From NCBI GenBank assembly GCA_002269645.1, contig NIVC01001629.1, forward strand, positions 124,001-188,000: DNA of 64,000 nucleotides, written 5' to 3'. The notes beneath the pieces were generated by a model that made no database searches, was not told the origin of the DNA, and saw only the letters and a program-made list of their open reading frames with translations. The stretch comes from Macrostomum lignano (taxonomy: Eukaryota). Below are positions 13,705 through 40,100 of the stretch, one piece after another. The position numbers and the translations under genes are program-made. Each line of letters starts with the position of its first letter. Position 1 is the first letter of the stretch.

Positions 13705-15899
13705 ATGCAGACTGCAACCAATGGCAGCTGTGTGGTGAACAACACAGACAAGCCCATCCTGCTGCACAACTGCCACCCGGACATGCCCGAGTGGACCTGC
13801 GTCCTGGCCAACCTGGGCGGCCTGACCAGCACGGCCATTTGGTTCCTCATCCTGCTGCCTCAGTTCTGGCGCAGCATCCGCCACAAGACGATGCAGGGCG
13901 TGTCATCGGCCTGGGCAATTGCCAACTTCACGGCGGCGCTGAACAACAGCTTCTTCGTGTTCAAGCTGACTGGCATGCCGCTGTACGCCTACATATCGGC
14001 TGTGTACATGCCGGTGCTGGAGCTGGCGCTGCTGGGTCTGTTCTTCTACTTTGCACCGCGGACTCGCTTCAAGCTGATCGTGACGGCCGTCTGCGTTGTC
14101 GTGTGGGTGGTGCTGGTGTCGCTCCAGCTGGCCCTGTCGCTGCAGTTCTCCCATTGGATGCTTTGGTTGTCTATCTCCCTGTGGAGTGTGCAGGCATTTC
14201 CTCAGGTGGAGCTTTCACGGTGTACTGCATGAGTGAGAGGGTGCAGAGCCGCAGAGTTGTGCACAATGTAGCTGGAGGGACAGACCGAGTGAGGAAGATC
14301 GGGAGAGAAAAGGGGCTGAGGGGGAGGTAGAGGGTAGGGGAGACAAGAAGACAGAGGTAGATTGAGAGGCTACCAGCTCAATAAACTATCTTTAGATGCC
14401 TCAGAGTTCGTTGAAGCATCACTGGAATTGATATTGATATTTCCATTGTTTAAGATCATAGTACAGAAAACACTCCACAGCAAAAAGCTCTGTTAAGGCT
14501 CGTTCACTCTCTGCCCGTCAAATGAAGCCAAATGTCGGTTGATCACACAACTTATCAAATTTGATTTTCAAAGTCGCCACTCTATGCGCCAGTGAGCGAT
14601 TTCTCTTGGACCATTCTGAAATAAAAGATGCGAGAAAACTGATCGGGGTAGCTTTGATCCGTCCACCGCTCCCCCACTTCATTCCTCAACTCAAGTCTGC
14701 CGCGGCGTAGCTGAGTTTCCTCACTCGCAAAGATTGAGAAACTTTTCGATGTTGCTGAGTATACATCGTGTAATTTGGTGGTTCATTTGATGGCAGTGTG
14801 AATGAGCCTTTGAACTTACGATATATTAGTCCGAGCGATGACTTAGAGCAGTACGCAGCATGTGTCAAGTATCGTGTCATAGAGTGGGTAGGGTAAGGTA
14901 GGGTAACTGGTGCGGAGAGGGTAGGTGAGGAGCATCAGCAACGCCATTGCTCATGCCTTTTTGCTGCGGATTGATTTTTTCGGACACGGCGTAAAGCAAA
15001 TTTGTATCCACAGCATAACTATATTATTCAGGCACAGGAAAACACATCTGTATCCACAGCATAACTATATTATTCAGGCACAGGAAAACACATCTGTATC
15101 CACAGCATAACTATATTATTCAGGCACAGGAAAACACATCTGTATCCACAGCATAACTATATTATTCAGGCACAGGAAAACACATCTGTATCCACAGCAT
15201 AACTATATTATTCAGGCACAGGAAAACACATCTCCCGTCTGTTCTGTACTGAATCTCTAAGTCACAAGTACCTCCCGTGTGTTCTGTACTGAATCTCTAA
15301 GTCACCAACTTGCCTTTTTTCATTCTTTTCCCCAGGTTTTCCTGAACTCGCAGCGCCAGACCACCTACGGCCTGTCCAAGGTGATGGTTGCCATGGGAGC
15401 GGTCGGCAAGACAACGGACTACCTAGGCCCGTACCTGCTGTGCATGCCGCTGCAGTACGCGGTGCTGGCCTTCTTCTCCAGCACGGTGTCCCAGATCAGC
15501 AGCCTGCAGGTGCTGTGGTACTGGAACCGCGTGCCCGCCTCTGTGGCCGCCCAGTCGGTGGACGGCGGCGGGGCCGCTGCGGTCGGTGACGACGACGACG
15601 GGCGGGTCGTGCAGCTGCCGATGACTCCGGGCTGCCAGGCGGCTCGCTGGCTCGGCATTTCGGCGCTGGTGACGGAGCTCGGCGCGTTCGCTGGCGCCTT
15701 CGTGTGGCGCACGGGCAGCTGGTGGGCGCTGGCCGCACCTCTGTGCACCTTCGCCGTGTGTGTGGCGGCCTGGTGCGCCTACCACCTGCGCAAGGTTGCT
15801 GCACCGGCGGCTGCGAAGGCTGCGGCGGACCAGCTTGAGCCACCGCCGGGCCCAAAACTGCTGGACTCCGCCGAGCAGACGAAAGTGGATATGAAATAG
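13705..15899 (+). CDS. PQ-loop repeat (SLC66/cystinosin-like) membrane protein, copy A, 354 aa; exons 13705-14205 and 15336-15899
   Basis: Two PQ motifs (ILLPQFWRSIRHKTMQGVS; AFPQ|VFLNSQRQTTYGLS) and multiple TM segments. Phase-0 GT-AG intron (cctcag|gtggag ... ccccag|gtt). High GC3. Confidence 0.88.
15003..15232. repeat. Intronic tandem repeat, 46-bp unit x5
   Basis: tgtatccacagcataactatattattcaggcacaggaaaacacatc, five copies. Confidence 0.95.
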
Positions 15900-16391
15900 T
15901 TTTGGCAGCTGTGCAGTTTTCAACATTTTCGGTGTTAGTCTTCCTAATCCAGCAATAATCGTGCTCTCTATTTCAGTGTCTTCGTACTTTTTCTCGGATT
16001 CATTAGGTAAAAAAAGCAACAATTGGATATTTTTATCTTAATCAATTTTTAACAGCCTATGCTACTGACAGTAGATATGTATTCTGCAATATTTTATGCT
16101 TTTTTCGACTGTTTTCGCTTTTGCGAAGTTTAACGAGCTTTGTGTTCTGCTGAGTTTTTACAGGTTTTTGGTAATCTTTTTGCGATAAAGTTTTTGGTGC
16201 CGAGTTTTTGTGCTTTGAAGTGACCTACATTGGCCTTTTTACCTTTTATTTAAAACTGAATTTCAGGTTTAAAATGCAGAGCTTGTTCAGTATCTATAAT
16301 AAGCAAGTGACGAATTCACGTAATGTCTCGCTTTTCCTTTTTATAGTCGTGCAGTTGCGTAAACTTTGCTGTAGTTTCTGTAGGATTAGAC

Positions 16392-16907
16392 CTTGGGTCT
16401 CTGATTGGTCAGTGAAGTTTAGGCTTGGGGTCTCTGGTTGGTTAGTGAAGTTTAGGCTTTGGGGTCTCTGATTGGTCAGTGAAGTTTAGGCCTTGGGGTC
16501 TCTGATTGGTCAGTGAAGTTTAGCCTTGGGGTCTCTGGTTAGTTAGTGAAGTTTAGGCTTTGGGGTCTCTGATTGGTCAGTGAAGTTTAGCCTTGGGGTC
16601 TCTGATTGGTAAGTGAAGTTTAGGCTTTGGGGTCTCTGATTGGTCAGTGAAGTTTAGCCTTGGGGTCTCTGATTGGTCTGTGAAGTTTAGGCTTGGGGTC
16701 TCTGATTGGTCAGTGAAGTTTAGGCCTTGGGGTCTCTGATTGGTCAGTGAAGTTTAGCCTTGGGGTCTCTGATTGGTCTGTGAAGTTTAGGCTTTGGGGT
16801 CTCTGATTGGTCAGTGAAGTTTAGGCCTTGGGGTCTCTGATTGGTCAGTGAAGTTTAGGCTTTGGGGTCTCTGATTGGTCAGTGAAGTTTAGGCCTTGGG
16901 GCTCTGA
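16392..16907. repeat. Minisatellite, 32-33-bp unit (ggggtctctgattggtcagtgaagtttaggcctt) directly upstream of PQ-loop copy B
   Basis: About 16 copies, nearly all carrying ctgattggt (reverse CCAAT box). Confidence 0.95.
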
Positions 16908-16979
16908 TGGGTTTTTTTCAATACCTTATCGAATTAGTTCTAAAAGAAAATCGCTCTGCTGCTTTCCAGCAAAGCTCCG

Positions 16980-18270
16980 ATGGCGACGACAGCCAATGGC
17001 AGCTGTGTGGTGAACAACACAGACAAGCCCATCCTGCTGCACAACTGCCACCCGGACATGCCCGAGTGGACCTGCGTCCTGGCCAACCTGGGCGGCCTGA
17101 CCAGCACGGCCATTTGGTTCCTCATCCTGCTGCCTCAGTTCTGGCGCAGCATCCGCCACAAGACGATGCAGGGCGTGTCATCGGCCTGGGCAATTTCCAA
17201 CTTCACAGCGGCGCTGAACAACAGCTTCTTCGTGTTCAAGCTGACTGTCATGCCGCTGTACGCCTACATATCGGCTGTGTACATGCCGGTGCTGGAGCTG
17301 GCGCTGCTGGGTCTGTTCTTCTACTTTGCACCGCGGACTCGCTTCAAGCTGATCGTGACGGCCGTCTGCGTTGTCGTGTGGGTGGTGCTGGTGTCGCTCC
17401 AGCTGGCCCTGTCGCTGCAGTTCTCCCAGTGGATGGAGTGGATCTCCATCACTCTATGGAGTGTTGAGACTTTTCCGCAGGTTCGTTTCAAATTTTCAAG
17501 TGAGAATTTTTCTAGCCCAGCGGGTCAGCTCAAGTTAAGCAGAGTTGGTCGTGGTTAGTACACAGCTGAATACAGTGATAGGATAGGACAGAAGCTCATT
17601 AGAAATACAGGTTGGTAACTGGAAGCCCCCCAATGCATCGGCTGTACATATTTTTATGTTTTAGGGACCTGTCAAGACTGCTGTGCAATTATTTACCCAT
17701 CAATTGCAGGTTTTCCTGAACTCGCAACGCCAGACCACCTACGGCCTGTCCAAGGTGATGGTTGCCATGGGAGCGGTCGGCAAGACAACGGACTACCTAG
17801 GCCCGTACCTGCTGTGCATGCCACTGCAGTACGCGGTGCTGGCCTTCTTCTCCAGCACGGTGTCCCAGATCAGCAGCCTGCAGGTGCTGTGGTACTGGAA
17901 CCGCGTTCCCGCCTCTGTGGCCGCCGGTCCGCTGCCATCCACTGCCGCCGACGCCGCCTCCGTGTCCGCCGAGTCGGTGGACGGCGGCGGGGCCGCTCCG
18001 ATCGGCGACGACGACGACGGGCGGGTCGTGCAGCTGCCGATGACTCCGGGCTGCCAGGCGGCTCGCTGGCTCGGCATTTCGGCGCTGGTGACGGAGCTCG
18101 GCGCGTTCGCTGGCGCCTTTGTGTGGCGCACGGGCAGCTGGTGGGCGTTTGCCGCACCTCTGTGCACTTTCGCCGTGTGCGTGGCGGCCTGGTGCGCCTA
18201 CCACCTGCGCAAGGCCGGGCCCGGCCGTCGGCGCCTGTTTCCTATTCTGTACAAGCCGGCTGATTCCTAA
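16980..18270 (+). CDS. PQ-loop repeat membrane protein, copy B, 353 aa; exons 16980-17480 and 17710-18270
   Basis: Near-identical to copy A over most of both exons. Same phase-0 intron position (ccgcag|gttcgt ... ttgcag|gtt), but the 229-bp intron shows no visible similarity to the 1130-bp intron of copy A. Confidence 0.88.
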
Positions 18271-19799
18271 ACGGTCACAAATTCGTTTCTATTTCGAGAG
18301 CGCAGACGCTTTTTGGCGCAGTTTTTTACTCAAATTTTTTAATCATTTTTGTTGATATTTTAAAAACTGAATCTAGTTTAAAACCGTAGCACCGGTCCGT
18401 AGCACAAATGCTATCTATATACTCTGTTTGTGATAATTAAATGGGTCACTTAGCAAATTTGCGCATAAGCTACTTTGTTCAGTAGACAGTTAAAATAGAA
18501 ACATTTTATTGGCCCTCGACCCCCGTTACGCCGCTCAATTTTTATTGCCCTCCGGTGTTCCAGTTGTTAACGTTTGCAAGTTAAACTGCCTTCTTTTAGA
18601 AAAAATAGCTTGCGCATTCTGCTTTGCTACTGTTTTAGTAAACCAAAAAGCTTGAGTGGCCCACCTAGTTAGTTAGTAGTACCTAATTATTATAGCATCT
18701 GTGGTCCGTAGCAAGGAAGAATGCTTAAGTTATTTTGGGAAAGGCAGTTGAAAAGACTTGGATAAGTTGGATGCAAGAGATTGCAGACGAACACGTAAAC
18801 AACTTGCTTATTTTAGGTTTAGTCATAGTGTACATTTAGCCGTGTCAATGTACATGCCAGCTTTAGGCTGGAGTGCTGGGAAGGCAATTAAAATTTGGGT
18901 GGTGTGGCGGGGGTAGAGGTTTTGTTTGGGGGTTCTGCGGGCCAATCAGCGAGTCTTCAAACTTTCTACTGGAGTGAAAATAGCTTAACGCACAAGCGTG
19001 CTGAACAGCCCATCTATTTCACTGCTATGCTATCTGTGGTTTCGTGCGCTATTGCCGTTTTATGGGGGTGATTTCGTGGCTTCTAAAAATAGAAGCAATT
19101 TTACACTTGTGAAATCAGGTGAAGTTGATTTTAACACACTTGGTATACATTTTTAAGAATAGATTTTAGACTTATAATCTCGAGGCCATCATGTTTCGTA
19201 TTAATCCTTTCTTTGTTTTTTGTAACTATATTACGATTAGCACTTGCAATCGACGATTTGTTGTGCGGTATTTTCTTCGATTTCTTGCAATCGATTTTGA
19301 TTGTATTTTTTTTGTCGCTGCAATTTCTATCAGCCCGATGATGTGATATTTCTAATTTTGTTCAGACACACAGGAAGTCAAGCAGATTAAAGGACAGATT
19401 GTACTTTTGTGTTTTGTCTTTTCCTAGACTGGCTGTCCCTGTCTGAGCATGAACTTTTATCTCATAAGTAAAAGCACAAAATATAGTTTTTTTTTCTTTT
19501 TTTCATGATTTTTTCTATTCGTTTAATTTGATTCCTCAAGATCATATTTTTATTTGCAAAAAATTATACTTTGCACTGCTTGTATTCTGTTAAATAAGTA
19601 GTGCTATTTGCACCGCTGTGTTTTTTTCTGTCTCGTCTGTCTGCTCTTTTACTTTATTATACACTTTGTTCAACAAAAGTGTTCGCTTCAAAATAAGAAG
19701 CTAAGCAGATGTTTAATTTAATAATAATCTTCAAGCAAGTTGCTTATTTCAACTAAATTTCCACGTTATTATGAATTACCTTTTTTTCGGAGACAGGGG

Positions 19800-20220
19800 G
19801 AACGATAAGGGGAGGCAGTGTGAATGATAAGGGGGGGGGAGCGGGAATGATAAGGGGGGGAGCGGGAATGATAAGGGGGGGAGAGCGGGAATGATAAGGG
19901 GAGAGAGCGTGAATGATGAGTGCAGGGAGCGGGAATGATGAGTGCAGGGAGCGGGAATGATGAGTGCAGGGAGCGGGAATGATGAGTGCAGGGAGCGGGA
20001 ATGATAAGTGCAGTGAGCGGGAATGATGAGTGTAGGGAGCGGGAATGATGAGTGTAGGGAGCGGGAATGATGAGTGCAGGGAGCGGGAATGATGAGTGCA
20101 GGGAGCGGGAATGATGAGTGCAGGGAGCGGGAATGATGAGTGCAGGGAGCGGGAATGATGAGTGCAGGGAGCGGGAATGATGAGTGCAGGGAGCGGGAAT
20201 GATGACTAGAGGGAGCGGGA
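19800..20220. repeat. Minisatellite, 22-bp unit (gatgagtgcagggagcgggaat)
   Basis: Tandem copies visible. Confidence 0.95.
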
Positions 20221-21752
20221 GTGAGTGGTCAGATCATCATTACCATCAGTAGGCAATAATAGACCCGCTTCTCATACGCGGATGACTTCTCCAGCATGAG
20301 AAATGCCAGATAACACGGTGAGACCGCAACTTGGCAGACTTTGCGCGACCGACTGCAGGTGTCTGAGAAAGCCTGCCATGTGGATTAGGAAGATCAGAAC
20401 TGGGATAACAGGCCTGTGTTGAACGCAGCGGACAGACAGCAGGTCATAATTAATCAGTTGGGCGCATCTCAGATGAGGCTGCTCCTGAAACCAGTGGGGA
20501 ACTGCATTTTGGATATTTGCTGCATTACGAGTATGTTCTTAGCTGCAATTCGCGGTGAAAATTTACGACAGCATCGGCACAATCGCCTTCGACGTATACC
20601 GGCAAAGTCTTGTCGGCGAGCTCTGCTCATTCATTAATAATTGATTACTTTGTCAGAGCTAATAAAGGTGACGAGTCAGAAAAGTGATGCACGTATTGCT
20701 AGTGGCCGGTCGCTTTTTGGGGGAACCGCTCGGCTGGTCTGAGTCGGGATCAGGTGGAATGAGTGATTTTAGCTACCTGTATGTGCTAGATTCAAAATGT
20801 GACTAAGCTGTATGACAAAAAATATTTGTTTATTCGATATGCTCAATATTCTTGTGAAAGTTTTTTTAGGTAGAAGTCGTGAATATTTGAGTCAGTCCTT
20901 TCTTTTTGGTCAAAGAATCGAGTTGATGAAGTACTAATTATTTATTTTTTAGTTTTAAAAAGTTAAAAGTCTCCAGAGGTACAAAAACAGATTTTTCGCG
21001 ATTTAAATTTAGGTTTGTTAAATCAAGTCAAATTGATGTTTGTCATTTTTCTCAAATTACGAGACCCGTAACGACATTCACGTCAAATCACGGTTTAAAA
21101 AAGAGACATGACTTGTGCGCAATGAGCTCTATTGTTATACGTAGTTAAAGTAATAGTAGCAGTAAAACAAACATTTTAAAAAAATTCTGATTTAACTATT
21201 CGAGAAACCATTAAAATACTCGTAACAATAACAATCAATAATAGTGTTAGTAATACTCGTAGTTAGATAATTATCATTAAAAATGTTAGCTTGAAATTGA
21301 GGCTCATTAATAATTAAAATATAAATTGACATAGGCTAAAATGAATGTTTTTTGAAGAATGTGCATCCAATGCAACCAGTACATGGTACGTTCTTCTAAT
21401 CTAAAATACAGCTTGAATTCAAAGCTATCATCACGTTGCGTATTTTAGAAACTATTATATAAAAATGCAATATATTGTTACTCGTGTATTACTGCATTAA
21501 TCAAATCCCGCAGAATGTTTGCCAAAGTTAATAATACGGCTCATAAGGTAAACACTAGCTGAGAAAGTACCCGCGAAGGCAGTCGGGCATTGGACGATCT
21601 GGAGCTGCATGAGTCTCAAAGTTCGTGATTGGGCCAAAGTCCTCCCCCAACTCGCTCTGGGGCGGGGCAGCACTGGCTGATAAGCGGGTAGCCATTGCTC
21701 TGGCAGACTGAGCAACCCGGAGAAGGTGAATAAGCGAAATTGGCTACTGAGA

Positions 21753-35348
<13,596 letters not shown>

Positions 35349-35521
35349 AGAGTTTTTCGTCTTGGAACTTTCTTTTTCAAAATGCAGACTCAGCGAGAGC
35401 ATTTCCAGTTCGATGCTCGCTCGTCTGACTGCGCACTTTTTGTCGAAACAGAACAATGCAGACAACATGCCAGAGATTCGAAAGAACTGCAGGATAGCGA
35501 AAAAGGTACACAAAGGAATTT

Positions 35522-36182
35522 CCCTACTCTGAGACAGGTGCACAAAGGGATTTTCCACTCTGAGACCGGTTAAAAAGGGAATTCCCCACTCTGAGACAGG
35601 TGCTCAAAGGGAATTCCCCACTCTGAGACAGGTGCATAAAGGGAATTCCCCACTCTGAGACAGGTTCACAAAAGGATTTCCCCACTCTGAGACAGGTGCA
35701 CGAAGGGAATTCCCCACTCTGAGACAGATGCACAAAGGGATTTCCCCACTCTGAGACAGGTGCACAAAGGGATTTCCCCACTCTGAGACAGGTGCACGAA
35801 GGGAATTCCCCACTCTGAGACAGGTACACGAAGGGAGTTCCCCACTCTGAGACAGGTGCATAAAGGGAATTCCCCACTCTGAGACAGGTGCATAAAGGGA
35901 ATTCCCCACTCTGAGACAGGTGCAAAAAGGGAATTCCCCACTCTGAGACAGGTGCATAAAGGGAATTCCCCACTCTGAGACAGGTGCAAAAAGGGAATTC
36001 CCCACTCTGAGACAGGTGCATAAAGGGAATTCCCCACTCTGAGACAGGTGCAAAAAGGGAATTCCCCACTCTGAGACAGGTGCAAAAAGGGAATTCCCCA
36101 CTCTGAGACAGGTGCATAAAGGGAATTCCCCACTCTGAGACAGGTGCATAAAGGGAATTCCCCACTCTGAGACAGGTGCACA
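35522..36182. repeat. Minisatellite, 32-bp unit (aaagggaattccccactctgagacaggtgcat) downstream of the nAChR stop
   Basis: About 20 copies; contains the palindrome gggaattccc. Confidence 0.96.
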
Positions 36183-36845
36183 AAGCAGAGTTTCCAACAA
36201 CAAGCAAGTTCAAAGGCACTGCAAATGCTCGAAAAAATTCGAAGCAAAAAAGCGGACTCGAAGTAATCTCTTGAAAATATAATCCACTAAAGCCTCTCAA
36301 AACGGCAAGTTTCACAAAATTCCGAATATTACTGCAATTAATTCCTCATATTTTTGAACGCGTTCCGCTTCTTTCAAGCTTATCTCTCAGAGCCAGGCGA
36401 AGCTTCCCACTGAATTCGACGGTCAGATCTTCAGTCGATTAAAACTTGAGGCGGACAACTATTGGCCTCTAAGAGGATGAGGATCACCGGATTATACTAG
36501 TGTTAATTATGAATTACTCATCACTGAGTAACGATGACCATCAAGGGAACTGAGAAGGTCATTATCCTAGTAAACTACATGTAACATTAAGGTATCATCT
36601 TGTACTGAATTTAAAATTCTGACTAATTTTTCTACTGCAAGTAGCATGAAAAAGAAAAAACATTAAAATTTTTCTTCAAAATTGTAAGCAGCAATTCGAG
36701 GCGCCAGAAAAATGTACAATCAAATCAATTATTTGTTGTTGCTGATGCACTTCTGATTTAATCTTCTTAGAAAATCAATCAAATCTTATCATTCACTACA
36801 AAAAGCATATTTTGGAGCATGGTAACAGTAGAGTCAGTCAGTCAG

Positions 36846-37133
36846 TCAGTAAGCCGCCAGCACCGCTCTGGCCGCCTGCTCGCACAGCGGGTCGAGCTGT
36901 CCATCTCCGCCGTAGTCCAGCTCGAGCATCGGGCAGGCAAAGACGCGCTCCCCGTTCACCCACAGCTCGACGATGTCGCGCAGGCCGGACGGCTCCAGCC
37001 GCTCCAGGCAGACGGTGTGCCCGGCGGAGGTCAGGGAGGCCTGCAGGCCGCGCAGGCGGCTCTCGCGGTAGTCGGCGATGCCGCAGGCGACGTACTGGGA
37101 GTAGAGAATCTTCACTGTTGCGTTTGCCGGCAT
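36846..37133 (-). CDS. C10orf53: UPF0728 protein C10orf53 homolog, 95 aa, CDS without introns
   Basis: MPANATVKILY...RLRGLQASL...GH.V.LE...VELWVNGE.VF.C....LDYGGDGQLDPLCEQA..AVLAAY* matches the family, including the GGDG.LDPLC...AV..AY end. An acceptor-like ttgcttctgcag lies 2 nt upstream of the ATG. Confidence 0.92.
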   Translation of the reverse strand: MPANATVKILYSQYVACGIADYRESRLRGLQASLTSAGHTVCLERLEPSGLRDIVELWVNGERVFACPMLELDYGGDGQLDPLCEQAARAVLAAY

Positions 37134-40100
37134 GGCTGCAGAAGCAAGTGAGAGCACTGTGTGCTTTCGGCATCGATTTTAGAAAAACGCATTGGGGAGA
37201 GAGGCAGGGCTGCAATTCCTGATTTTATTGTCAGTCTCAGGTGGTACTTTTTCCGCTTTCAGAGTCGATAGAGTTATGAAACCCCGTTGGACCAAACACA
37301 GGCTGGCTTCCAATGATTTTTCCAAAATTCCTGAATGTCAGAAATGGCTAAATCTAAAACTAAAAGATAGCTATTTTTAGGCCTTTCTTAATATTATATA
37401 ATATATTTAATTATTTTATATTATAAATTGTATATCTTATGTTCCATATTTCATATTTTATGCTTATTATTTAATATTGTTTAATATATTTTATATTTTA
37501 AGCAAAATTGGGCAATTAATAAATTTCCAAAATTTTGAGATGCTGCGAGCAATTGCACCTTTTTACCACCAGTAGACACTGATGTTTTATAACTAGGTGA
37601 GCGAATTTTTGCTTCAGTTAATCGCTGTGAGCAGAGGCAAATATAATTCCCTGCCAGATGTAATACTCCAGTTGAAATGTCTACAAGACTACAACCAATA
37701 TTAGGAAATGCTTAAACTTTGAAGGGACAATAAGGAATAAAATCAGTCAGCATGTTTTAGTATAGTTTTCCCTTATCTTCGAAAGATTCGAAACTTACTT
37801 TTTACTTTTAAAGGTAATTCTAATTATGGCTGCTACTACTAAGGGATAATTTTATTTTAATTTTAATATTCACCAACACTTAAATTGTGCCTTTGGTAAA
37901 ATGCAGAGATTTGCTATTTAAATATAAGGTAACATTATTTACTAATTAAGAGTGTATCATTAAATTTAAAGCTTCAATTATGTAGCATACTCCTCAGTCT
38001 AAAATAACATGGTCCAAATTTTCTAAAAATATTTTATTTCATCATAGGCGTAGGCTCTAAACCTTACAATTGAAAGTAATATATTACCTAAAATCTTTTT
38101 ATAAATCTCTTTCACAACAATATAAAACTTTTAAATGCTCAATTAAAAATAAAAAAGTTTTACAATTCCTAAAATAACAGCATTTGCGATCACAAATTCT
38201 CAATTTTAAATGCGTAACAGTGCTTCCGAAAATACAAAAGCAGATGTTGCAGTAAATCATGTTAGATACAGAAACTTAATGTTTGTTGAGCCTAAAAACT
38301 TGGATTAGGTCCGAAACTTAGAATTCTTTAATGATGGATGCTATGATGAAACAAAGTAACTGACAGTGCGTATTAGCATAGTATGTGCCGTTGTGCGATG
38401 CATTACTTCTGTTATTATATTAGTTCAGTTAAATGGTGAGCTGTTATCGTGGTGAAAAAAGTAACGATGCTTTGTCCATGGTGATTAGTCCATTATAACA
38501 AAATATAACTGATTGATTGCAAATTTTTTTCTTTTGCTTTATGGTGAAAAGCAACAAAAATTTTGTTGTTGTTTAGTAATGCAATTTTCTTACAATTTAA
38601 ATATTTGCTTTTAGCTATTCTTCCAGACGATGTAAAAGTATTTATTGCTGAGATCGATCCGACATTCGCACACGCAGTTAAGATTAGGCAATGAAAAGGG
38701 ATCAGAGCCAAGAAGGCTTAAATATTATTATTTATGATTTTAATGTGTATGTCACTATATATTTATTCTTCAAGCCTATTATATTGCACGCTGTCACATC
38801 ATACACTCGGAAGACGTTCTGTATTATTTAAAGTTACTATGAAATTTACCTTTATCACATGAACAACTTGTTCAGAATCATCCATCGTATAATTAATTTG
38901 GCTCGTCCAATCTTACAGCATTTTAGCTTTATAAATAGGTGATTATGTAAACAAAGAAAGCTCCATTTCAAACAAATATACATGTAAATTTGTAGGAAAA
39001 ATCGCCAAGGACTAACTCATTAACCTTAAAAAGAAAACTATTCGATTATCAGCTTTCTTTGCTTTTCGGAACAGCATGCAGCTGAAGTTAGGATCGCAGA
39101 ATATTTTCGGGCAGCTCGGGGCAGGCACGGAGATCGCTGAATTTAGTAGATTAACGAACTGCTCGGCTGATTTTAACGACAACGAATACTTGGACTATAT
39201 AGTTTTTTTTCCGGCTTCGCCCGGAAGGCAAAATGTTATATCCGTGTTCTGATTCGCAGTAATCGTTGTCGCAAAAACCAGTGCGAACAGATTCGATCAT
39301 TTATAATTAGCTGCCTGTGGAGCCGCAGAGATATTCAAGCCGGCGCTGCTATAGTCCAGCTGTATTGCAACAGTCCGAGAGAATATGCGGGAGACGACAG
39401 TCTGCTAATCCAGCTCAGTCGCGCGTTTCCTTTTTTAAAGGGAATCGCTCTGCCTACTTACCCAACTGCGACACCGGGTTGCAGCTGGAAGGTGCCAGAC
39501 AGTCTTGAGCAGCGTTGGAGTTCTATTGGCTGCTCACCGGGGGAGAAGGAAATTATAAGAAAGGTAGAGCAGGAGATCCGTGCGGACACAGAGGGGAATC
39601 GCAAACTCGCGCTTTGGAACAAATCCGAACGCCCAATCGCTGGCTTGTCTCTCCACTCGCAGACAGCGGCTTCAGCGAGGGAAATTTTTTCTATTTGACA
39701 GGAAGAGGGACGGACAGGTCCGTCGCGATCCCCCAACCCCCTACTTTCCTCAGCTGAGCCCGGCGCCAACTCCACCTATTGAGTCGAATTGAGCACGCAT
39801 TAGCCAACTCTCTCCTATACAGTAGAGTAGGCTGCTCCTGCTCACCACTGCAGCCCCCAACCCCCAGGTTGACTAACCGCGCCTGATCAAACAAGTGGAG
39901 CTGACTGTGGGGCACAGGTAGGCCGCGGATCGAACACCCCCAATGCTTCCGATCTCAACTCTCTCCTGCAGCCCCAGCCCCATTCATTTTAATAAGCATT
40001 GCCGCTGCGGGCCCGCGGGGTGTCCGGCCCTTGAAATGTTTCCCATACTCCAGCTCGGCACACACGGGGGCTGGGGAGAGACTTCCTCTTGCTCCTGAAA

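Noticed and set aside
13791-18355. Alternative-frame ORFs over the PQ-loop exons
   Set aside because: GC3-rich shadow ORFs; their duplication simply follows the gene duplication.
20230-20640. GC-richer patch with short ORFs upstream of the nAChR gene
   Set aside because: No motif recognised on either strand.
35522-36182. GGGAATTCCC (NF-kB consensus) repeated in the 32-bp unit
   Set aside because: A short palindrome in a satellite 3' of a gene, with no functional evidence and no sign of the factor in this window.
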